A stretch of DNA of 64,000 bases from Perna viridis (lineage: Eukaryota): NCBI GenBank assembly GCA_037379345.1, contig CM074517.1, positions 43,380,500-43,444,499 on the forward strand, written 5' to 3'. Within the stretch, counting starts at the first letter, position 1; each line of letters opens with the position of its first letter. The position numbers were made by a program, and so were the translations under genes. The notes under the pieces are model-generated. The model was not told the origin of the DNA, did not search any database, and worked only from the letters and a program-made list of their open reading frames with translations. This document shows, piece by piece, positions 24,811 through 36,010 of the stretch.

Positions 24811-26137
24811 AGTATAAAGTATCATAAATTTACATTGTAAAAACAATGTAGGTCTCAGTACAGAAAATAAATCTGTGTGACTTAGGTCATGGTAAATTGA
24901 GATGGTACTGAAAGAACTATGTGGATTTATTCTCAAATTTTGTCCATAATTGTTTAATTATATAATTAATATGAAATCAAATATTATATTTCTGCATTGG
25001 TCATGAGGAGGAGTGCAGATGACTTGAGATCATCGCATATCCTACAGCAGTGTCCCTTGGTGATCTCTGTAGTTGAATAAGCCTACATTTAACTTCTATT
25101 TCTTATTAATAAACTAATTTATTTTCACATTATTCAATTTACCTACCTGCTTTGGTCATGAGGAGTAGTGCAGATGACATTGGCCTGCACATTTCCTGGA
25201 GGCAAGTATTGTCATTACAGAGGGATACAGGGATATACCCTGAACAACATATTTCTATCATGCTTGTTATACAAGTAAGAGTGTTTGATGGACTACCATC
25301 TTATTTCCTACAGCACCATCCCATGGTATACCTTGCATAGGGACAACCACATGCTAAAACTAACATTAAACTACTCAAAGTAAACTCCATCCTATAACAT
25401 TTTTTATTTTTTTTATATATCTATCAAACATTTTTCACAAAATGTATACTACATCTACATTACAAAAATACTGTACGTCACATTTTCACATTGTCTCATC
25501 TGCACTGCTGGAAATCTAACCACAAATACTATAGTTATTTATAGGTGTTCATATGGAGCTTCATTTTAGCATATGTAACTATATATGGGTAATAAAAAGT
25601 CAAGAACCTTTCATCAGATATTCAGATAGGAACATGATGGTTATATTCATGTAATATATCTAAAGATATGTTCTGTTGTGTGTTTACTATTGTTTTCAAT
25701 CATATATATATATGTCATATTTGTCATTGCCCTTTGTGAGTACTTAATCAGAAATAAAGATTCTGATTTCATTTAATTTGAAGTAGATTCATGCTATAAC
25801 TAATAAGTCAAAGACAGGAATGGAAAGGTAGCTGTAAAGTTGAAAAAAACCCATCAGTAAACAGAAAGTAGCAGTGCAACAGACCTGAAACCACATCCCA
25901 CAATATGGGACCCTATATTGAAGTTGTGTATATAGTGGCTGTGATTTATACATGTGCTGAGAAAAATGTTACGAAAATATTTTCACCGTCCGCCCGAATG
26001 ACATATTAACCATTCTATAAGCCATTCTATAGGGCAACATGGCCAAAAATTGAATTGTAAGTATAAAAAATACAGGGTTTTGATCAAAAATATCAAATCA
26101 TGTTTGCTGGGAAAACAACTGACAAAAATGTATTGTC

Positions 26138-26311
26138 ACATGTATACGCTTGCACCAAAAAGATGCACCAATATTCTATTTGCAATGTAATTAAAATAAG
26201 ACCTATCAATTGTTCCATTCAATCACTACATGCAGTGACTGAATGGATCTAATTTCAATTAGATTGCAAATAGAACATTGGTGCATCTTTTTGGCCTAAG
26301 TGTATACATGT
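26138..26311. repeat. 174-bp near-perfect palindrome (fold-back)
   Basis: Arms of about 80 bp align with about 10 substitutions and one 12-nt bulge, with essentially no spacer. Confidence 0.85.
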
Positions 26312-27952
26312 TTTCCATTTGAAGCTTTGTAATTGGTATCATAATGAAGACAGCTATGTAACAGTGATATTATGATTTTTCATACATTACAATAGTTTTC
26401 CCAAGGGATTACCACTGAAAAAAAAAAAAATAAAATTAATTCCTCCATATCTAATCTACAGGAACAGCATGCCCACTAGTTTTTGCATCAAGGTCAGCAC
26501 CCTTGAATTAGGGGTACAGTTTTTTTAGGAAAAAAAAAGAACATTTTTTTTTAATTACAGGGATGTTTTAACATGACCTACATACCACAATACATGATGA
26601 AGGGCCACTTTTGAAACAAAAATGCTTACAATTAGCAATTGATTAATTGATTCTTTACAATTATTGACATGTGACCTCTTGGGCCCCCAAGAGTTGGCAT
26701 CAAGCCTATATAGGCCTTGAAAGTGAAATCTTACTGTAGTCTCAGTCTAGGACAATTATCAAATGTGCTCAAGATCATGGGAAGGCAACTGGCCATAAGC
26801 CATTTATGCTTTGAATCTTTGAAAAAGACCCCCATTTCATTTCACTTTTAATATGTCAATATATGACATATAATTTTCAAAATAAGCCAAAACTGGCCTC
26901 TCTTTTTAAAATTTATTTCTACAAAGCTATCTCACATTTTTTTTTATACATGAATAATTATTACTAAGATCTCCCTTTTTTTCTTATTTATGCTTTTCTT
27001 TCCTTGTCAGATTTATATCAAAACACAATTCATTCCAAAACAATTTAATCTATCAATGGGTTAGGCTAAGAAATATTTCTTCTCCTTTTTTTCCCCTTTC
27101 ATATTTTATTTTCGTTGGAAAGCCAAAAAATGTGCAATTCATTTATAAAATTGATACCAAAGTAAATAGGAGTATTTACTCTGGCAACAAAGAATGACAA
27201 TTAACAAAGTATCGACTGCCAAAAGATGAATTAAGCTGTCCACATAGAAATGATCACTTCCCTTTTTGCTAGAACAACTTTTCAATGTTCCTAATGGATA
27301 AAATACAAAATAAGACAACGGATAAAAGATCAAATTAATGGAAAAGTGCAAGAGGGGTCAGATCTCCCGTAAATTGATCATCGAAATTCTGATAGGTGGA
27401 ACTCAGTAAGGGTTAAAGGTCAACTAAGACTATTTCAAAGAAAAAGATTTTGTGGTATTAGTCTTGACATTTTCCGTTGTCTCTTTCATGACAGGTGTTT
27501 TAATCAATATTTTACACATATTACAATAATTGAAATATACATCGTGATAAATAACTGTCTACTCTTGTCAGTTTTTCACCATATAGTCAGAACAGTTTAT
27601 CATAAAATGAAAAAATTGGTGATGTCTCTATAGGTGATTCAGTATACGTGAAAGATCAACATATTTCATATACAGAATTATTTTTGCAGGTGTAAAATCT
27701 GGCAATATTCTTAAAGAATTACATTTGTAATGCCAAAGAATGTTCAAAGTTTCAATTTTAGTCTTCAATTTCCTTCAATTAAAAAGATAAAAAAAATTGG
27801 CTTTAAAAATGCAACAGCTAAAATTTCTGAAGACTCATCAAAATATTCTAATTAACAAAAAATGCCACATCCTTTCAAAGAGGAAATGTCTCTACTTTCA
27901 CAGTCAAATGTGCTACACATGTGAATCACATGAAGTGCAAGATGTGATTATG

Positions 27953-28125
27953 TAAGAGTGATTACGGGAACCAAGATTCCAGCGGTAATCAAAAGAATGT
28001 AATCCATGGACAAAGGCCAGACATGGAAAACAGACACAAACAACAAAGAATATAAAATAACCAAAATGATATGTACAAAGTAACAAAAGTAAATGAGTAA
28101 CTCTGGAGCATGGACCAGATGCACA
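27953..28125 (-). mobile_element. Repeat family A copy
   Basis: Reverse-complement match to 20835-21025 (e.g. GTAATCAAAAGAATG...CAGACATGGAAAACAGAC). Confidence 0.75.
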
Positions 28126-30036
28126 TGAATCAAGCTAACATATGTTACAGTTTACATATGATTATCATATGTCATTTCACACAATCATAAGTGTTTTCGG
28201 CAATCATAAAATTATCATATGTAAATTATATGATAATCATTATGAATATCACATGTAAAGTATCATATGAATCAAGGGCTGTGTACATATACATACATCC
28301 TGTCTTGCACTTCTCAGATTTTTCAGTGGAATTAAAAAATATCAATAATTGTATACATGTACATATTTTTACAACTTCATATGTTTTCACTGTACCTCCT
28401 GCAGAGGGTATCAACATGTGGGTTTTGTTAACATCTTTTCTACTTCATATGGTACTCATGTGCATTAAGTTTCATGAGGATATGACAATTTTTTCCTGAT
28501 AAAAATATTTTGGGGAAAATTTGGACTTACTGCATGATGGGGATGGATGAAGTATGTCAGTGAGAGAAATAAATATACATTGCAAACTGAAACTTCAAAT
28601 ATTCACAAGAAAATAATGCTATTATATTACAAGTGGACAAAACGAAAATTGTTTCTGGCTAATGTTTTGGGCAACATAATTTCCAGCAATATTTGGAATC
28701 ATAATGTGCAATAAAAATTGATTCAGTTCAGCATTTTTCAATAGTTAGTGATTTGGTCAACCATAACATATGAGAATTTATGGTGACTAAAACTTGTATA
28801 ACACACATATGTTTTTATTAATGTCCCTAAATGTATACATGTACATGTATTTATGCATTTTTCATCCCCAGACCCAAACATATTTTGGAAAAATTTTTAA
28901 ATAGATATAAATAGAATTTTTACACTAGCATTTTACCCATCTTGGACTTGGGGCTACATAAAGACATAAATATCTGTCTGACCTAACAAAATATCTTCTT
29001 CATAGATTTGTTTTTTACAGGGATATTAAAATTTATTGAGCATGCAGGTACATGACAATGCTGTAGATGAATATTTGTAGGTGAAAAAACTACTATGTAG
29101 TTGTAACAGTATTAAAGCACACTGAATTTTTCTTTAACCCCCACTGAATTTTTCTTTAACCCCCAATCAAAGATTGTAGAACAGTCCCCAAACAATTAAA
29201 AGGATTACATTCTTCTTTACAAGAAAAACAGCTAGTATAATAAATCCAAACTTATCATTTCCAAATCTTTGAATTTATATTTATTCATCATGGTTGCATT
29301 CGGTTTTCAAGTAAAGCAGTTTTTTTGCAAAGACCTGGAAAAAAGCCTTGCAAAACCAAAGAAACCACAATCACCAATAAACATGTGTTTTGGGTCACAT
29401 AATATGCTGAAAAGTCATTATGTAAATTTATCACTGAGTCTCAATTGATCACCATTGTGCAAATGAATAGAGTTGGGACAATTGTAATTTCATTAGCTCC
29501 GCAGCCATGAAAAATTGTCACACATCTCCAATGACAGGAATTGTGCAATGTGGTAATGACACGAGTTAGACTTAAAAAGTATCAAAGATGTGTTGTACTT
29601 AATTGTAACTGATTTGTGGTTGAAAAAATTGAATTTGTCCAGAAAGATATTTCATATGTTTCTGATGTTAACACTTTCATTCAATATGTTCAATAAAAAA
29701 CATAATCTTTCATAATATATCTTAATTGTTTTAATTGTACCAACAAAATGAACTTAATGGGCTTATAATGCCTTTTATATTATAATACACAGCCCAGATC
29801 AATGTGTGGGAACACAAGGTACAATTTGGTCTGTCTGTCTGTCCATCTGCCAAGCTGTTTAAGTTTGGGTTTGATTTTTTGATGTACTGCTTTGACATGA
29901 AAAATCAGAAATAGGTATTTACTGTATTTAGCCATTGTGATTGTAAAGCATCTAACATTGCAGCTCTAAACCAAGGGATTTTGAGCAAAAAATCAGAGCT
30001 CGAAAACTGACCTTTAAAGCAATCATTACTACTTAC

Positions 30037-30144
30037 AATTTTTCCAACAGCTGTGACGTTGCTTCTAATCGGAATGGGTCTTTCACATCAACCTCTTTAA
30101 TTTTTCTTGCCAACTCTCTAATCTGTCTTGACAATTTGTTGTAC
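30037..30144 (-). CDS. IMP3: IMP3 coding exon 2: (K)YNKLSRQIRELARKIKEVDVKDPFRLEATSQLLEK(L)
   Basis: AAG acceptor and GTAAGT donor, 108 nt, phases compatible. Matches IMP3 YNxLSRxxRELA...LLxKL. Confidence 0.95.
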
Positions 30145-32062
30145 CTTTAAAAAAAGACTTATCATTAGTTTAAAAAGCATTTCAGCTTTGTTCATGGACT
30201 AATTAGAAGAAACTACATGTACAACAGTTGTACTAATTGCTGATATAAGTTTTAATTTACCGATTGTAAAAATAGCATGCATATCCTTTTTAATCGCCAT
30301 TCGTATATTCATGCTGCAATGGAAAAGGGAGGTTTAGCGTGCAGTAAAACCTAGATTTAACCCACCATTTCGTTTGAAATGTCTGTATCAAGTCAGGACC
30401 ATAGCAGTACCAGCTTCCTTGGTGGTGTAATATCTATTTTCCAAGATTTATTTTGGACTTGACTTAATTATTAATCGGTAATCTTATTGTTACCCTTATT
30501 TATAAAATAATTTGTGTCAAACATATAATTAAACCTGAATAAACAGAACTTGTTTCAGTTGATGGATTTGTTTGGAATAGGAAAGTTCTTACTAATTCAA
30601 AGTATATTGAAACTGACTTCGGAAAGACCAACCATAGTGCCGACAGGGTTACAGCTTATTCAGGATTCAGTTATAGGTGGTAAAGAAACAAAATGAACAT
30701 GAAGTTACACATGTTTTCATGCTAGGTATACCCCACTTCAATGGCAATCCCACAAAAAAAATTGATATCAGACAGCAACCTCAACTGCTTTCAATATAAG
30801 CTCTATCTAAATAACAGCCAATACCAATTTTGAAATCATTATAAATCCATCACTAAGACAGTCTCACTGTCTTCAAAATTTGGACTAGTCTACCAGCCAA
30901 TGCAGGTAAAAATAGAAGTGGGCTTGCAGAAATTTTGCTTCCAAGCCAATGAATCCTATAAATAATTTCTTTCACATTAAAGGAAGGGGCTTGTCTGAAA
31001 TTTAGAGGGCAAAGACTGCTTAGAAGTCAAAATACATATGTGATTCCAATATATCATGCATTCCTAGTGGGTCTAACATGCAAAGTTTTATTTCAAATCA
31101 TGGTCAAAAATACACTTACTTACTTACTTGGTGCCAATTACACCTAATGACATATAGGGCAATAACAAAGGAGAAGACATATATACAGGTAATACAGTTC
31201 TTAAAGACAAAGTCCTCATAACAGTTATATGAAGTGACCTCTCATCACCGAGAATGTTTCAGTTTGACAGAAAATAAAAAAAAAATCTTTTGCATGTGAG
31301 GAGTTTGAAAACTTTCATAACAAGACTTATCTGCTAGAATGAAGATAAAATGGCGAGCAGAGTCTTGAAATTAAGATTAATTCCCCATTTGGGATACTAC
31401 CCTCATATGGTGGGCTTTTACCCACTGTAAAATTGAAGTATTCTCAATATAAAATATTGTTAAAAAGTGGGAATATTTGTATAATTTTTAGTAACTTTTG
31501 CCAAAAGCAGTATATTTTTATTTTCATTATTTCAAAAGTTACAGACCTAAGTAATATATGATATTCTTTTTTAAGAAATTAAATTTCAATCTGCACCTTC
31601 TTCAGAAAAGTTACTTCAATAACAATTAACATTCACAGTTTTAGCTTAAGTATGATATTTTCCAAACTTCTTGATTTTAAAATTGGTTAAAACAACACCA
31701 TAATACAAGGGGGTTTACCTCAAGTGGAGTTTAATCCTAATTTCAGGACTTATTCTCGACCTGAACAAGGTTCGTAATCAGAATATCAAATAATCTGACC
31801 CTTATCAGAGTCACTTTTGAAAGTTTATGGGTTGTGCATATATCTTAATTATTTTCTTTTAAATATTCGTAAAACTATTTATTCATTTTTTACTTCAAAC
31901 CGTCAAAAATGACATATACAGAGTGCTCATCGCCCTCTACTTCCTCAAAGTGAGATAGGGTAAAAATTCTTTCTGACTACCTTGAGGAAGTGAGGATCGA
32001 GTCGAACCCCCAAAAGACAGAAACAGCTGATTTACATTTTGCATGTTCAGGCAGTTACTTAC

Positions 32063-32199
32063 TTAGTGTAGTCTTCTCTCCTTTGGATATGATACTTTTT
32101 CATCACTTTAACCTCATGGAGATTATTGTCGACTTCCCATGATATAAAATCTACTTTCTTTAAGAGTTTCTTTTCATGATATTTTAATTTTCTGACCAT
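32063..32199 (-). CDS. IMP3: IMP3 (U3 snoRNP protein) coding exon 1: [45 protein letters not shown](K)
   Basis: Translation matches the IMP3 N-terminus (human MVRKLKFHEQKLLKQVDF...QRREDYT). ATG at 32199. Donor AA|GTAAGT, phase 2. Confidence 0.96.
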
Positions 32200-34776
32200 T
32201 TTTCTTGTCTGTTTACAACTTTTCAACAACGTGCACTTTCCGGAAGTATAAATACTAAGATATGGTGATTGACGGATCAAACAGGAAATAATTCCGGATA
32301 AATTACTGACCTTCAAATATAGAGTATCCTTTTCATTCAGACGAATGTGTTCAGATAAAGGAGCCAATTTATGGATTTTTAATTATTTCCCAGCCCAGGG
32401 GTGGATCCAGACACTTTGAAAGGAGGGATGACAGTCGAGGTTCCTCAGATAAAGTGTTGCTAGGATATTTTTGGGTCAATTTTAAACATGAAAATGACAA
32501 ATTTTTCATGATAAAAGGAGGGGTTCCAATCCCCTTCACCCCCTGGATCCGCAACTGCTGAGTTAACGAATCCCACGGATAATCCCACCTGGAAACTTAC
32601 AATAAACCGTGAATAATAATTTAGCATTTTGCGTCCGTCTCTTTATTTCTCTTTTTTTTCCACAACATTTTCTTATTCCAATTCCAACTCATGCGGATGG
32701 TAGCGCTGTTTATTGCAAGTGGCAGTACCTTGGAGGGGATGGGGTCTTACTGGGAACCAATTTTAATGACATTCACTGATATACAATAAAGATATACACT
32801 TTCTTCATAAATGGATATATATACTGTTACTGCTTGTACGTGTTTACAGAACTTCCGTATAAGATATTTAGCATAAAATGAGTTGAACTGCTTGAATTTA
32901 GGTCAATTTATACAAAATATAGGATAACGAGGACAAATTCATTTCACATGCATGAGAATATATGTATTCTACATGCATATTCAGGAGCGGGTCCAGAAGT
33001 CAATTTTGAAATGGGAATCCATAAGTAAAGTGTGGGGTTGGGGTATTATATTCTAGACTATTATTTACTCGCATTTTTTCCCAAATTTCATGTAAATTAA
33101 GCAAAAATTTCAATTCAGCCACTGTAACTTGTAGATAAAAAAATTTACTCATTTTGTACAGTTTTGGAGCAGTTTAGACAGATTTGATCAGGTACATTAA
33201 ACTTTCCGGCATATACGAATACGAGGGGACGGACACACCCCCTTCCTTGTGTGTCAAAAAGGTTGGTTGGTGATAAAGAAAACACTAGAAATCGTGCAGT
33301 GGAACGGGCCCCACTCAGGCTATGCAGACCAAGGAGTTCAATATAGCTACATATAACTCCTTGGTCAGACCCCCCCCCCTAAATTCGTAATTTCTGGATC
33401 TGCTACTGATTTTATAAATTTCCGGATAAAATGAAGTTTTCCTGCATTCACTGAGTGACTTTTACAGTATCCAAAATAAAAAGGTGGATTTGTTTTTCAC
33501 TTGAAATTTGGGTTTTCTATTAATATACTAATACCCGCCACTTTGTAAGTCCGGATCTAAAATGATGGATCCCATCTGAACCAAAACCACAAACTACACT
33601 GGAGGGTCAAATCAGGTCCTGTAAATCAAACCAATTTAGAAAGAATATTAAATGTATATACATTTAAAAAAAATCCTGCTTGAACTGAGGGAAGGTTATT
33701 TCTCCAAATTAGGTTTGGGAATGACTTCAAGGGCTTTGGTATTTTTATTGGCGTTCTAATACATTCAATGTTAACCATAATGCAACACCTCAAGTCCTAT
33801 GTAATATTTTCAATCACTATTATATATTGAATAATCTTTTATTATTGAATAATTTGAAATAGTTTATTTGTTGGACCACTAAAATAATTGATATACCAAA
33901 ATCACACAGTTTTAATCAGGTTTTGGGTATTAACAAAGCGAGAAAATGCGTCGGCTATAATTTTTTTTTTAAAGATAGTACTTGTTTAGTTACGAGTACC
34001 CCTTTTCTTTAATCTGAAGCTCTTTTTATTGTTGGCAAACCTGCGTTTAAATTTTATTCAAAAATGAATTAAATTCGTGTAAAAATATATCCCAAAAATA
34101 TTCAAAGCAGTGGTCGGGACAGTACGTTCCACATCACTTTTGTAAAGCACGCACTGAAATATGAATATGACTTTAGAAATATAATAATTCATCCGTTGCG
34201 CTACATTAATAAAGCCAGAAAATTTAATAATTTTTATTTTAAAAATTCCCTCAGGCTGTAATCGTTGAAACATTCCGATAGTAGAGATAGAGGTAAACCA
34301 GTCGTGTGCCGTTTACCTTTATGTTCACTCATCCATATCGTAGCGGTGTCTCTGTCTGACTCGCGCGAACTGCACTTTAGAAGTTAACCGCCGTAATATA
34401 GTACTCCGCACAAAATAGGTCAATTCAAAAGTGATTGGTTTGGTTCGATATCCCTCTTTTCTATTATTCCAAGTACAATTTTGTTGAAAACAAATATACA
34501 CGTAGTTTTTATAGATATTTTGTGAGTATTTAAAAGCAATATTTTGTGCTAATCAATAGACCATACCTTTGGTTATTATGCGTAGTGACATAACCTGCAA
34601 GGTGCTCGATTGTAAATCAACACGAGTTGTAAAAAGTTTTGTGTATTCAGTGATGGAGTTAGTGATCTTTTGTAAAAAGTTCATAACAGACCTGGTGCAT
34701 TGTTGAAATGGAGTTAGAATAATGTTTGATACTATAAGCTATCATTTTGTGTGGATCTTATTATGATTTTGGAGTT
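32200..34776. promoter_or_regulatory. Divergent promoter/5'UTR interval between IMP3 and Notch
   Basis: Lies between two divergent ATGs. CpG is visibly more frequent than in the introns. ETS/GABP site CCGGAAGT at 32240-32247 just upstream of IMP3. CpG cluster (ACTCGCGCGAAC) near 34360. A/T strand skew flips across it. Confidence 0.7.
32396..32557. mobile_element. Small MITE with CAGGGGTGGATCCAG / CTGGATCCGCAACTG termini
   Basis: Imperfect 15-bp TIR. Related termini at 32982 and 33408. Confidence 0.65.
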
Positions 34777-34840
34777 ATGTTGTGTTTTATCAGGATTTTG
34801 ACTGCGGTGTTGTTTGCACATCAACTTGCCCTCACAGAAG
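34777..34840 (+). CDS. Notch: Notch coding exon 1, signal peptide MLCFIRILTAVLFAHQLALTE(A)
   Basis: Hydrophobic 21-aa leader ending in donor G|GTAACA. Phase 1 matches the next EGF exon. Confidence 0.8.
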
Positions 34841-35931
34841 GTAACATAGAAAATACCCATTCATACCGTTAACATAATTTTTACATTTCAAACGTAAAAA
34901 AAACACATTTATATTTAATGTTCACGATACTTTGCTTAAGATGCATAATATTTACGCAATGAACTTAAGTTTTACAACTTTTTGTAATTATTAAATTAAT
35001 TAAGCTTTGGTGTTTAAACATGCAATACACATAACAATTCACATCGCTCGTGCTTTGTTTTTATGCAAGAATGATGTCATGGTGTACACAATATTTTGGC
35101 TCTACACACTAAACTGTCCTATGTTAAAAGTTTTGAAGTGAAATTTATTTTAAGTATTACCCTTTAAAGATTAGGAATTACTATAAGATCATTTTATATA
35201 ATGAAATCTGTTTAAAGTGACTGAACTTCTTATAAAAAGTTTTTTCAAGCACCGTTTTCATGTTTGTGTTATAGATTTTAAGTTATGAAAAAGTAAATCC
35301 AAAAATTATGTCTTGGTTAAACAGGGTTTTGTAAAGGTTAGACTTGTTCAATATTTAATCTGTCCACAACTCAATATATTATACATGCAAGAAAACACGT
35401 TCTTAGAGTTAATGGTGATTTAGTGTTTTGTCTTCGCTTTGATTTAAAAAAATAAAATTGTAATGTTTGATTTTTTTAAACTTCAAAAAGTTTCAAATCT
35501 TTTTTTTATTTATTTTTTTTTACTATACATAACCTTTGACAAAGAGTTTTCACAATATCTGTACATGCACATTTCTGTGCTTTTGAAGTTATTTATTGTA
35601 AATTGGTTTGTGCATGATGAATTAAAGAAGAACAGAACAACATGAACTCATATATGCAGTAAGGTTTACATACAGCCCTTTTTGTAGTCTTTAATGTGGT
35701 TCTTAGATTAAGAATACATGTACATGTATAACAAGAATGGATATGGTGAATATGTCAAAAAGACAAAAACCCAACCAGAATGAAAAATGTCAGCTCAAGG
35801 CATAATCAAAACCTTAACTTTTATCAAAATGGTATCTCCAAATGATGTTTTTAGTTGAATTGACAATTGACCCGAACAAAGTTTCCCCAGAAAATTAAAA
35901 ATTGACCATTTCTGCCTTTGTACATTTTCAG

Positions 35932-36010
35932 CATTTCCTTCATGCTATCCAGATCCATGCTCAAATGGTGCTACATGCAGAACAGCCAGCAGTGGTGCTA
36001 GTTATTGTTT
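35932..36010 (+). CDS. Notch: Notch exon 2: (A)FPSCYPDPCSNGATCRTASSGASYC(L), first part of EGF1
   Basis: TTTTCAG acceptor and GTAAGT donor, 79 nt, EGF cysteine spacing. From recall, vertebrate NOTCH1 exon 2 has the same size and phases and is also followed by a long intron. Confidence 0.9.

Noticed and set aside
32200-32367. N-terminal extension of the 102-aa ORF 32059..32367
   Set aside because: It starts at a non-ATG codon, and IMP3 homology begins at the ATG at 32199.
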